DNA of 63,986 bases, the filler included, from an uncultured Ignavibacteriales bacterium (GTDB lineage: Bacteria; Zixibacteria; MSB-5A5; GN15; JAAZOE01): assembly GCA_964611355.1 (NCBI GenBank). It is 4 parts of 4 records of this genome, joined end to end, with 100 filler letters (N's around TTAATTAATTAA, not from the genome) between each part and the next. Parts side by side here need not be neighbours in the genome. Positions count along the whole stretch, not along the records: positions 1 to 20,481 come from CAZSYD010000040.1; positions 20,582 to 40,919 come from CAZSYD010000041.1; 2 more parts are not named here. The stretch is one strand, 5' to 3'. The position numbers and the translations under genes are program-made. Shown in pieces: positions 20,361-29,757 of this stretch. The notes under the pieces are model-generated. The model was given only the letters and a program-made list of their open reading frames with translations, was not told the origin of the DNA and did not search any database. Position 1 is the stretch's first letter; every line of letters begins with the position of its first letter.

Positions 20361-20481
20361 TACATCGTCATGACTGATGAGGCTATATATTTTTCTTGCG
20401 AGCCTCAAGCTCGGTTAACAACGGCCACGTCTGGTCATGTATAATATAGGAATCATAGACCCAATATATTGGAGGTGGGGG

Positions 20482-20581
20482 NNNNNNNNNNNNNNNNNNN
20501 NNNNNNNNNNNNNNNNNNNNNNNNNTTAATTAATTAANNNNNNNNNNNNNNNNNNNNNNNNNNNNNNNNNNNNNNNNNNNN
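20482..20581. other. Artificial contig join
   Basis: N run with TTAATTAATTAA at 20526-20537. Confidence 0.95.
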
Positions 20582-20634
20582 CCGCCAAAGGCCGCGCCAA
20601 AAACCGCCGCATCGAGCTTGTTTTTTCGAAATAG
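20582..20634 (+). CDS. OmpA-family domain, C-terminal fragment (5' truncated)
   Basis: Manual translation AKGRAKNRRIELVFSK*. Confidence 0.7.
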
Positions 20635-20699
20635 ATTGCGCGTCTGCGCACTCATAGATTAGTAGGCACGCGGCAAAACAATTTTTAAGGGGGAATATT

Positions 20700-21194
20700 G
20701 TGAAATTCGATAGCGTCGATCACTTGAAAGATGAAGGGTTTACTGGTTTTAAGAAAATAGGCGATCTAATTGAAGATCAATCGCATATTCCTAATGGCAA
20801 AGGTGTATATTTAGTTGTTCATAAAGCAAAAGATAAACCAGAATTCATTATGCCGGGTGTCGGTGGTTGTTTCAAAGAAAGAGATCCTAATACATCAAGG
20901 CAAAAACTTGAATCTAATTGGGTTGACAAGAATGTTGTTATTTATATTGGTCAAGCTGGCGGCGGAAAGAGTAATCAAACCCTTAGAAAAAGAATAAGAC
21001 AATATATGAAATTTGGTCAGGGTGAAAATGTCCCCCATTGGGGTGGTAGGTATATTTGGCAGATTGAGAACTATCGCGATCTTCTTATCTGTTGGAAAAC
21101 AACTGATCAAGATCCAAGAGATATAGAGAAAAATTTAATATTGGGATTTCAAAAAATATATGGCAAGAGGCCATTTGCGAATTTATCAAATTAA
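20700..21194 (+). CDS. GIY-YIG-like nuclease-domain protein
   Basis: GVYLV..VIYIGQA..LRKRIRQY..E..RPFANL; AT-rich. Confidence 0.7.
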   Translation: MKFDSVDHLKDEGFTGFKKIGDLIEDQSHIPNGKGVYLVVHKAKDKPEFIMPGVGGCFKERDPNTSRQKLESNWVDKNVVIYIGQAGGGKSNQTLRKRIRQYMKFGQGENVPHWGGRYIWQIENYRDLLICWKTTDQDPRDIEKNLILGFQKIYGKRPFANLSN

Positions 21195-21274
21195 TGGTCT
21201 TTGTTGCTGGAAGACGCTTAAAGCCAACTTATGAATGAGTGGGGCACACGGCACACTCGATAGAAAGGCGTGGA

Positions 21275-22651
21275 ATGCCATTAAACATCAAAGGTTACCG
21301 TGTATTTATTGCTTCGCCGTCGGGCCTGGAACAAGAACGAAAAGCGTTCAAAGATAATCTGGAAGAATATAATATTTCCGATGCGTATGCCCGAGGCGCG
21401 CACTTTTATCCCGTGGGCTGGGAAATTACGCTTGGCGGAATAAAAAACCCCCAATCGGAAATAAATCAACTGGTACGCGAATGCGACTACTTGGTCCTGG
21501 TTTTACACGAACGCTGGGGAAGTCCACCTGGAAAGGATGACAAATTCACATCAGGCACCGAGGAAGAGTTCCACGTCGCCCGCGAGTGCTACCGCCATCC
21601 TGACAGACCCATGAGGCAGGTAGTTCCGTTTTTCAAAGCGGTTTCCCCGGAGAGGCTTGCTGACCCGGGCCCTCAATTGCAGAAGGTTCTCAGTTTCAAG
21701 AAAGACCTGCGAGATGGACAAGAGATTTATTATCACGATTTTGACGATGTTACTAAGTTTGTTGTAATTTTGAGATGCCATTTGGCCAAGTGGCTGCGGG
21801 ATCATGATAAGGGTGACTCAGGAAAACTGATCGGTGAAGTTCCCTCACCCCCTGCACCGACCCAAGCAGAGGCGGAACCCATAGGTAAAGAATACCTTTC
21901 CTCGGCAGAGAAAGAGATGATCGGGAAGGCGTGGGATTATGCGGACAAAGGAAAACTGCTGGAGGCTGAAGAGTATTTCGCTCGCGCCGCAATTAGGGGA
22001 AATAACCCTGCTGCAGTAAATGAATACGGCCTGTTTCTTATTAGGATAGGCCGGTTGTCGCAAGCAACCGTGATGTTTGAGAGAGTTCTGGAATTGGCTG
22101 ATCTTGTGGAGAATCAAGAATGGCAAGCCGCCTCATACGGCAACCTGGGCAACGTTTACAAGACGCGAGGCGACCTGGGCAAGGCCGAGGAGATGTACAG
22201 CAAGTCGCTTGAGATAAATGAAAAGCTCGGGCGGCTGGAGGGGATGGCGTCTAACTACGGCAACCTGGGCAACGTTTACAAGACGCGAGGCGACCTGGAC
22301 AAGGCGGAGGAGATGCACCGCAAGTCGCTTGAGATTGAGGAAAAGCTCGGGCGGCTGGAGGGGATGGCGTCTGACTACGGTAACCTGGGCATCGTTTACC
22401 AGACGCGAGGCGATTTGGACAAAGCGGAGGAGATGTACCGCAAATCTCTTGAGATAAATGACAAGCTCGGGCGGCTGAAGGGAATAGCGTCTGACTACGG
22501 CAACCTGGGTATCCTTTACCAGACGCGAGGCGATTTGGACAAGGCAGAGGAATACTGGAAAAAAGCGAAGCGTTTGTTTCTTGAAATTGGCGTACCAGAT
22601 ATGGCGAAAAAGTTTCAGCGTTTGCTTGACGCCTTGAAGGATGACGTGTAA
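21275..22651 (+). CDS. DUF4062 (TIR/NDT-like) domain plus TPR-repeat protein
   Basis: RVFIASPSGLEQER, ECDYLVLVLHERWGS, SGTEEEF; 40-aa YGNLG TPR repeats; ATG 21275 preferred over GTG 21239. Confidence 0.8.
   Translation: MPLNIKGYRVFIASPSGLEQERKAFKDNLEEYNISDAYARGAHFYPVGWEITLGGIKNPQSEINQLVRECDYLVLVLHERWGSPPGKDDKFTSGTEEEFHVARECYRHPDRPMRQVVPFFKAVSPERLADPGPQLQKVLSFKKDLRDGQEIYYHDFDDVTKFVVILRCHLAKWLRDHDKGDSGKLIGEVPSPPAPTQAEAEPIGKEYLSSAEKEMIGKAWDYADKGKLLEAEEYFARAAIRGNNPAAVNEYGLFLIRIGRLSQATVMFERVLELADLVENQEWQAASYGNLGNVYKTRGDLGKAEEMYSKSLEINEKLGRLEGMASNYGNLGNVYKTRGDLDKAEEMHRKSLEIEEKLGRLEGMASDYGNLGIVYQTRGDLDKAEEMYRKSLEINDKLGRLKGIASDYGNLGILYQTRGDLDKAEEYWKKAKRLFLEIGVPDMAKKFQRLLDALKDDV
22136..22552 (+). repeat. 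120-bp intragenic tandem repeat (about 3.5 copies)
   Basis: TACGG(C/T)AACCTGGG recurs at 22136, 22256, 22376 and 22496. Confidence 0.92.
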
Positions 22652-23275
22652 TTTTGTGTGCGGAGGATGTCCAGATTTGCGCTTGCTATGTTACCTGGTA
22701 CCCCACTCAAAGCGCCGGCGGCAGGTGTATCCTGAAAGAAGTGAAGGGTGGGTTTTGCTTTGCCGCCTGAGGAGTTGACCATAAAATGATGAGCCGGTTG
22801 GCCCATAATTTATTGTGCGTTTCTATCTGACATAATCAACATACAACCAATGGTATTTCATAACCTTCCCCCTATTAATGGATAATTATACCGGGGATAT
22901 AAATATATCCATAAGCAAAAAACAACTCATCGCCAAATGGCTTTGGCGATCCCGCCGCGTCTATAGACTCATCAAACTCGTTCAGTTTCAACGTCATACA
23001 AGAATCACTACAAAACCGGTAGTACCAAAAGTAAAATATGACGGAACAAACCCATTTTCCCCCAATTGCATCAGGCGCCATACGATATGAGATATTTTCA
23101 CCTGGGGCCAAGCCGAGAAGCATGCTGCTTGAAAATACAATTTACACAACTATTGACGGAAGCTATAGAAATGTTTCACGATTGTGAATATGCACAAAAC
23201 AATTATTTTAATTTGACATACAATTGCGCCGGGGATATCGTGCATAAACCCATGAAGCAATCATTGGAGGTTCAA

Positions 23276-23650
23276 ATGAGACCCAGTACGATTACAGCAT
23301 TTCTGGGGGTTATTCTAATCGGTTTGGGAGTATTCATGCTGTTCATGAATCTCAAAGTGGCGGTTATAATACCCGTTCTTATCGGAGGCGCCCTGTTGTA
23401 TCTTGCCTTCGGAGGAGGCCGCATCGCCACCCTCGTTTTTGGCCATACTTGCATCGTTATCGGAGCATACATGATTACCTGGGGAATTTTGCTTCTGCCG
23501 GTATCCAGGCCGACTATAGCTCATATTTTTGGGCGTCCCCTTTTCTGGGGAATCTTTTCCATGATGGGGGGTATATGCGCGATTTTTCATGGCTTCTGCC
23601 ATTGTATAACAAAACAGGTAGAACAATTCGAAGAGAATAAAAACCCATGA
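23276..23650 (+). CDS. Small multi-pass membrane protein of unknown function
   Basis: GGAGG RBS at 23266-23270, about four hydrophobic segments, C-terminal HGFCHC. Confidence 0.65.
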   Translation: MRPSTITAFLGVILIGLGVFMLFMNLKVAVIIPVLIGGALLYLAFGGGRIATLVFGHTCIVIGAYMITWGILLLPVSRPTIAHIFGRPLFWGIFSMMGGICAIFHGFCHCITKQVEQFEENKNP

Positions 23651-23790
23651 TGGATTACGTAAATGACGGGATGCACAAAGTTCATCTTTGGCATTACATT
23701 ATATTTATAAACCGGTGTCTGATCCGTTTTGGGGATGGGGACGTATAGTTAAAATTCCGACTCATAAATGAGCAGGGCGCAATGCAACAA

Positions 23791-25083
23791 TCAATACAAT
23801 TTCTTTAACTCAGTCCCCTGATAATAACGGGAAAGGATCGAATCATAAGTCACGCCTTTGGCGGCCATGCCCCTCGCTCCCATCTGGCACATACCGACCC
23901 CGTGGCCGTAACCATGGCCGTTAAAGATTACCTCGGTAATATCGCCCCTGCTGTTACGTTTAATATCGAGCGTGAACTTTGATGATCTGAGTATAGCTTC
24001 GGTATCGTCGCTTCGGCGCATCACCCAGCGGACTTTCTCCTTGTTGAAAACGTAATGTCCGGATGTGGTTTCAAAGGTAATCGAAGCGACGCGGCCGCCC
24101 GGCGTGCGGTTGGTAATACGAATATCGGTCAATTTGCCGATTTTCACTCGTTCGCCGTGCTCCTGCGACAGGTATTGCCCCAGGCGAAGGGCCACCTGAT
24201 CGACCGTGAACCGTTCCTGCCATGTATAATATTTGGACTGCCTGCAGGCACCTTCGTCTTCAACCATCACCAGGTAAGGCTGCGGCTCTTTGTCCCACAC
24301 GTCCTCGATATCGTCGGTGGCTCCCCCGCAGGTCGAATGATAATAAGCGTTAATCATTTTGCCTTTATAAACGGCAACTTCTCCGCGAGTCGCGTCAACC
24401 GCGCGGCTGGCCAGCTTTTCTTCGGCCTCCATACCTTTATATAACTGATCGGTAATGTCGGCTTTGAGATCATACCCGGCTTCGGCCCCGTACTGCCCAA
24501 AATGAGACATGGCGTAAGTGCGCGCCGCCACCGCCTGCGCCTTGATCGCCTCGATCTCATTTTCAGGAGTGGGCCCGATTTCCAGAGGCGCAACACCCTT
24601 GAGGTAATCCTCCGTGTACACGATGTTAATCAACTTTATCTGCCCCGAAGACGAGTAAAGCTCAAACAGCCCGCGGTACTGCGTATCGTCACAGGTCAGT
24701 CGCCGCTTTTTCCCACGCGACGATATAACCATGCGATCGATATCACGGTCAAGGTTATTCCCTTCGTGAGCAAACAGTTCCAGTTTTTGCCGTTCGCTCC
24801 GGACAACGACAGGGCTGCGCGAGTAATACGAAAATCTTTTACCGTTCTTGTAACAGTCGATGGCGATCTCATCGCGGCCGACGGGTGAAACGGTATGCTC
24901 TCGCGCGCTGTTATCGAGCAGAACTTTGACAAACGGCAGGCGGCTTAACGGTTGCTCGACGTCAGTCAGTTGCGGCACGCGGCCGCAGCCCCAGACAACG
25001 ATAATAAGCAGCGCCGCGGTTGAGAATTTGGCCAGGACTGATTTCAGGCGTAATAGTTTCATACTTCTCTTCTTATCGGTCAT
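23791..25083 (-). CDS. SpoIID/LytB-domain lytic transglycosylase (lipoprotein)
   Basis: EDYLKGV..E, EAIKAQAVAARTY, YHSTCGG, GYGHGVGMCQ. Confidence 0.92.
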   Translation of the reverse strand: MTDKKRSMKLLRLKSVLAKFSTAALLIIVVWGCGRVPQLTDVEQPLSRLPFVKVLLDNSAREHTVSPVGRDEIAIDCYKNGKRFSYYSRSPVVVRSERQKLELFAHEGNNLDRDIDRMVISSRGKKRRLTCDDTQYRGLFELYSSSGQIKLINIVYTEDYLKGVAPLEIGPTPENEIEAIKAQAVAARTYAMSHFGQYGAEAGYDLKADITDQLYKGMEAEEKLASRAVDATRGEVAVYKGKMINAYYHSTCGGATDDIEDVWDKEPQPYLVMVEDEGACRQSKYYTWQERFTVDQVALRLGQYLSQEHGERVKIGKLTDIRITNRTPGGRVASITFETTSGHYVFNKEKVRWVMRRSDDTEAILRSSKFTLDIKRNSRGDITEVIFNGHGYGHGVGMCQMGARGMAAKGVTYDSILSRYYQGTELKKLY

Positions 25084-25119
25084 TTACCGAACTTGTTGAC
25101 AACCATCAGAATCCAAATA

Positions 25120-26286
25120 CTATTCGGGCGGCAGAGACAAGTTGCCGGCCACGCCCCCCGCCTTCGCTCCGGTTACATGCGGCAGGGTTGAAGGAATACC
25201 ATAAACAAAACAGCCTCCCAACACGGCGAAGCTGACCGCCTCCAGCAAATCGCCGTCGTAACCGAGCGCTTCAATCGGCCGGACCTGTACAGTTTTCAGA
25301 TGCTTTTGCAAACACTCAACCAGGAAGATATTCCTTCGCCCGCCCCCGGACAGGTACACCCCTTCCAGTCGTTTATCTTTCAAATAACTCCTGATCGAGT
25401 TGTGTATCAATTTCGCCGTCGCAGCAGTAATCGACGCCATAAGATCGTATCGATCGGCTTTCGTTTTTCTGGATATATGCACCAGCCTGGCCAGTAAAAG
25501 CTCGTCGAACTGCTCGCGGCCTACTGAAACACCGCGCCTGCGATTAGCTTTATCAATGGCTTTGATTATTTCACCGATTATCTTTCCCTTACGCGCGATG
25601 GCTCCATCCTTATCGAATTTACGTCTGAACAGAAGCTGACCGGCCAGATCGGCGAGGATATTGCCCGGCCCACAATCGCCGCCCCGGATGGAGTCAAAAT
25701 CGCCTCCGGCAGGATGATAACTGTAATTGGCAATTCCCCCGATATTGACAATAATTCTGCTTTTCTTACGATCGCCAAAAAGCATTTGATTGACAAACGG
25801 CGTCAGCGGCGCTCCTTCGCCTCCAAGGACAATATCAACTTGGCGGAAGTCGGAAACCACCGGCAGGCCGGTTTCGGCCGCGATGGCCTGACCCTCGCCC
25901 AACTGCATCGTCGCCCCGGTCCTGATGCCGAGAATACTTTCTTTCTTCGGATAATGCCCGACAGTCTGCCCGTGCGAAGTGATTAGATCAGCTCTGCACC
26001 TTTTCCGCGATAGGAAATTTTTCGCGCTCCGGCCAAGATAATGTCCGTAGGCGACATCAAGTCGAGCCGCACCTTCAAAATCTTTATCCGAGACTCCGAT
26101 CATTTTTTCCAACTCCTCCCTGATCTTCCGGGAATAAGGCAGCATCTTACCATCGATACAGGTAATCTTTGGAGTTTTTCTTCCCGGGACGAATTGAATC
26201 AACGCCAGATCGATGCCGTCGGCCGAGGTTCCTGAATTCATCCCGAGGATAGTCAGAGTTCTTTTTGACGAGAGTTTCTTAAGCAT
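25120..26286 (-). CDS. anmK: Anhydro-N-acetylmuramic acid kinase
   Basis: GMNSGTSADGID, SHGQT, GGEGAPL, NIGGIAN, DCGPGN. Confidence 0.93.
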   Translation of the reverse strand: MLKKLSSKRTLTILGMNSGTSADGIDLALIQFVPGRKTPKITCIDGKMLPYSRKIREELEKMIGVSDKDFEGAARLDVAYGHYLGRSAKNFLSRKRCRADLITSHGQTVGHYPKKESILGIRTGATMQLGEGQAIAAETGLPVVSDFRQVDIVLGGEGAPLTPFVNQMLFGDRKKSRIIVNIGGIANYSYHPAGGDFDSIRGGDCGPGNILADLAGQLLFRRKFDKDGAIARKGKIIGEIIKAIDKANRRRGVSVGREQFDELLLARLVHISRKTKADRYDLMASITAATAKLIHNSIRSYLKDKRLEGVYLSGGGRRNIFLVECLQKHLKTVQVRPIEALGYDGDLLEAVSFAVLGGCFVYGIPSTLPHVTGAKAGGVAGNLSLPPE

Positions 26287-26328
26287 GACAAATCTACCAG
26301 CTTAAATAATATCTGGTTTTTATGGTCT

Positions 26329-26964
26329 TTATTCTTTCTTTATCGGCTGCCTGACAATCGTCCGCCATCTTTCCGGAGCGGCGCGACGAACATCGCTCAG
26401 GCACACTTCATGATGCCTGCCGTTAAACACGCAGCCGTTATCTTTAATAAAACCATGCACTTTCTCGATAGTCGGACCTTCCTCCGAAAAAAGACCGTGA
26501 TGCATAATCTGGGCCGCCGGCCCTTCAAAGAAGGAGTCAAACCTGACTTCCGGAAGAGCCGGAGGGTTTTTCTGGCGCTCGGCTTCCCGGACGGCCGCGG
26601 CAACAAGTTCCGCGTTGACGTATTCCGGTTGCATGATCATCAGCGTCCACTGCCACTCATCTTTCCGGTCGCGGTCAAAAGCGTTCATGTCGTCGCTCCA
26701 CCACAAACCCTCCAGAGGCATTACGCCATAGTCAATTCCCGGTTCGCCTTTTTTGACGGCAATTTTAAGGATATACGAAACGATAAAAAGCGCTTCGATC
26801 GCGTTTTTGAAAGCAACAACCCTATCGGGATCGCCCCGACCGTCGATCATCAAAAAATTCATTGGCGGCACATCAATAATCGAGACCTCTTCCAATGACG
26901 GCTCGTAGAGATGTCCGAGCTCTTTCTTAAAATCTATCTTTTTCACCTTTGGTTCCATCCACAA
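26329..26964 (-). CDS. GyrI-like small-molecule binding protein
   Basis: FLMIDGRGDP, PLEGLWW, WTLMIMQP, HHEVCLSD..TIVRQP. Confidence 0.85.
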   Translation of the reverse strand: MWMEPKVKKIDFKKELGHLYEPSLEEVSIIDVPPMNFLMIDGRGDPDRVVAFKNAIEALFIVSYILKIAVKKGEPGIDYGVMPLEGLWWSDDMNAFDRDRKDEWQWTLMIMQPEYVNAELVAAAVREAERQKNPPALPEVRFDSFFEGPAAQIMHHGLFSEEGPTIEKVHGFIKDNGCVFNGRHHEVCLSDVRRAAPERWRTIVRQPIKKE

Positions 26965-27049
26965 CAGTTCATAGTAAAACCTTCCTCAACGTTGTCGCCG
27001 GCTTCAGAACATCAAAGATATTCTTAAAATGTTTTTACCGCAAATGAGA

Positions 27050-28033
27050 TTACACTTTAATTCCGGCTGTCAGGGTATTTATCCTTTTCCGGGAATCATC
27101 AATCCGCAGTCGATCAAAGCCCGATGAATGCCAATATTCACCAAAGCGGTCAAATGCCTCTCTGGTCTTTTTCAGATCCTGCCCGAAGAGCAAAAGATCG
27201 GCGCCCGCTTCAAAACTTCTGACGGATAGCTGGGGCAGCGGCAGGATGGTGCAAGCTCCCTCCATCAGCAGATCGTCGGTTATAACCGGGCCGGAGAAGC
27301 CCAGCTTATCCTTCAGCCAGCCGGAGATAATTTCGCGCGAAACAATAGCCGGATTATCATCCACTTTCGATGCTGAAAGATGCGTTACCATAACCGAATC
27401 GACTCCGAATTCGATAATATCGGAGAATGGCTTTAACTCCAGCTCAAAGAAATCTTCTTCGGACAGATCGCTTTCCGCCAAAACGGCGTGCGGATCGCCC
27501 CGGCTACGTCCCAATCCGGGGAAATGCTTGCCACACGCCAAAAGCCCCTGTTCATGATGGACCTCGATTGTTGCGCGGGCGAATTTGGAGACTACTTCAG
27601 GATCGTCCGAAAATGTCCGGCTATCCAGAACATGGCCTTCCCCGGCGTCGAACAGGTCAACGGTCGGAGAGAAATTCATATTAACGCCGATTTCACGCAG
27701 TTTTTCGCATACCCGCGAGAGATCGCTCTTATACCGCTTTAATTTTCCGCCTTCGCCGTAATAACGGGGGCTTTCCAGCATCGGAAAACGGCCCGTAAAG
27801 CGTCGCACCCTGCCGCCCTCCTGATCGACGGCTACAATGATATTATAGTCAATCGACTTTTTGAAATCCCCCAGCCAGCTTTTCAGGTTATCCTGATCAC
27901 GGCAATGACCGGCAAACAGAATAATACCCCCGATCCGGTTATCCTCGATAAAATACAGGGTGTCGTCATCGGGTACGGACTCCGGAAAAGAAACGACAAA
28001 AAACCTTCCAATCTCATCGGGAACGGCTGTCAT
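27050..28033 (-). CDS. nagZ: GH3 beta-N-acetylhexosaminidase
   Basis: VDQEGGRV, KHFPGLG..DPH, ITDDLLM; start at ATG 28033. Confidence 0.88.
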   Translation of the reverse strand: MTAVPDEIGRFFVVSFPESVPDDDTLYFIEDNRIGGIILFAGHCRDQDNLKSWLGDFKKSIDYNIIVAVDQEGGRVRRFTGRFPMLESPRYYGEGGKLKRYKSDLSRVCEKLREIGVNMNFSPTVDLFDAGEGHVLDSRTFSDDPEVVSKFARATIEVHHEQGLLACGKHFPGLGRSRGDPHAVLAESDLSEEDFFELELKPFSDIIEFGVDSVMVTHLSASKVDDNPAIVSREIISGWLKDKLGFSGPVITDDLLMEGACTILPLPQLSVRSFEAGADLLLFGQDLKKTREAFDRFGEYWHSSGFDRLRIDDSRKRINTLTAGIKV

Positions 28034-28064
28034 GCCGCCAAATATACCAAAATGAAAATGGCAA

Positions 28065-29636
28065 TCAAACGGTACAGACGGTATTTTTGCCCGAACCTTT
28101 GGCCCGGTACATGGCCTGGTCAACGGCGTTTATTAGCTCGTCCTGATGGAAGTTATTTTCCGGGTAGCTGCTGACGCCGATCGAGACAGTTACCTTGAGT
28201 TTGGGAATCCCTTCGCCGCCGCCGAACTCCGCCCATTCTATCTCGGCGCGTATCCGCTCGGCGATCTTGTATGCCTCCCGCTCAGCAGTATTGGGAAGAA
28301 TAATTATAAACTCTTCGCCGCCGTAACGGCAAAGAACATCAACGTCCCGGACACATCGCCCGGTAACGCCCACCAGCCCGACCAAGACGCGGTTGCCGAC
28401 CTCGTGACCATAATTGTCGTTGAATCTCTTGAACCAGTCGATATCGAGCATGATAAGCGACAACGGCTGATTATATCTTATGGCACGCTTTTCCTCTTCT
28501 TTAATCTTTTCCGAGAAGTAGCGGTAATTAAATATGCCGGTCAGCTCGTCAATAATCGTCAGTTCTTCCGTTTTCCTGTGCAGGATGGCATTCTCCATCG
28601 CCATGGCAGCCGAACGAGCCAGAACTGACAGAAATTTCTCATCGTGCTCTTCGAATGCTCCTTTTCGTGGTGATTCCGCGACAAGAAGCCCGGTGGTCTT
28701 ACCGTAAGTCATCATCGGCACCAGCATGGCCGACCTGGCTGATTTCAAAAGCGGCTGATAATCGGTTCGGCCCGACAGATCGACCACTCTGGCCGGTTCC
28801 TCATACTGAATCACCCGATAAGCCAAATTCATCAAGGTCGATGGTACCGCCCTCAATCTGGTATTCTTCTCGCCGCCGACCAATCTCCCCCGATAGATCA
28901 GGCTGTTTCCCGGACCGACCAGAATAATAGCCAAGGCCGGATAATCGAGAACGTGTTCGCCGATTTTGAGAACCTCATCTATGATTTGGTCAAAATCGAG
29001 GATTCCGGCCAGGATACGGCTGTTATCATAGACCATTTCAAGCTGTGCATGAATTTTCTCCAATTCGCTGGTTCTTTTATTAAGAGTATTAAACAGATTC
29101 AGCAACCTGGTTTCCGAACGCCGGATGAATTCGGCCACATAATTGATCAATACGGCAAAAAACCAGATAATGGCGATTCTTAAGGATAAATCCAGGGGGT
29201 TTATTAAATTGATCGTGTCCAGATTCGCCAGCACATAGGAAAAAGATATCAAAGCGGCATAAATAACGGTTGTCGTCAAAGGCATAATGTATGCGCTCAG
29301 AGTAACGCAGACATAATAAAATAGAAAAAAGTCGGAGGCCATTCCCCCGGTAATCCGCGTCAGCACCGTGACGAGGATAAGATCACAAATGTACAGTATA
29401 AGATAAAAATGCGAGTTCCTCTGACGCCGGTGGCGGAAAAGAATCCAAGTGCCGGCCAAAATGGCCACTTCACCGGCCAGGATTACCATAATTGGATTTG
29501 ATATCCGGAAGGCATCGCGCTGGAAATTGAGAACCAGATATGCCGCTATTCCCATCGCCCTCGCCAATCGGGCTAATAGAAAAAACGTTTCCACCCGTGG
29601 CAATATCGATTGCGAATCTCTGTGGAGAAGCTTCAT
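28065..29636 (-). CDS. Membrane-anchored GAF-GGDEF diguanylate cyclase
   Basis: N-terminal TM helices, GAF-like region, DELTG, DIDWFK, RDVD I-site, RYGGEEF. Confidence 0.92.
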   Translation of the reverse strand: MKLLHRDSQSILPRVETFFLLARLARAMGIAAYLVLNFQRDAFRISNPIMVILAGEVAILAGTWILFRHRRQRNSHFYLILYICDLILVTVLTRITGGMASDFFLFYYVCVTLSAYIMPLTTTVIYAALISFSYVLANLDTINLINPLDLSLRIAIIWFFAVLINYVAEFIRRSETRLLNLFNTLNKRTSELEKIHAQLEMVYDNSRILAGILDFDQIIDEVLKIGEHVLDYPALAIILVGPGNSLIYRGRLVGGEKNTRLRAVPSTLMNLAYRVIQYEEPARVVDLSGRTDYQPLLKSARSAMLVPMMTYGKTTGLLVAESPRKGAFEEHDEKFLSVLARSAAMAMENAILHRKTEELTIIDELTGIFNYRYFSEKIKEEEKRAIRYNQPLSLIMLDIDWFKRFNDNYGHEVGNRVLVGLVGVTGRCVRDVDVLCRYGGEEFIIILPNTAEREAYKIAERIRAEIEWAEFGGGEGIPKLKVTVSIGVSSYPENNFHQDELINAVDQAMYRAKGSGKNTVCTV

Positions 29637-29757
29637 AAACTCCCATCCCGGTGGTCTTCATACTGTTATCGGCCAAGGGCCACATAATCTTAACCCCTTA
29701 ACCTGTAATAAATTATCAGGAATAATAGATTGACTGAATGAGAGTTAACGGGTTCGC

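Noticed and set aside
20635..21274. Integron attC cassette array
   Set aside because: No convincing RYYYAAC..GTTRRRY paired sites and no integrase on this contig
22136..22552. CRISPR array
   Set aside because: The repeats are contiguous 120-bp in-frame coding units without unique spacers; no cas genes
23066..23275. N-terminal extension of the membrane protein ORF
   Set aside because: The region contains a promoter-like element and the RBS precedes ATG 23276
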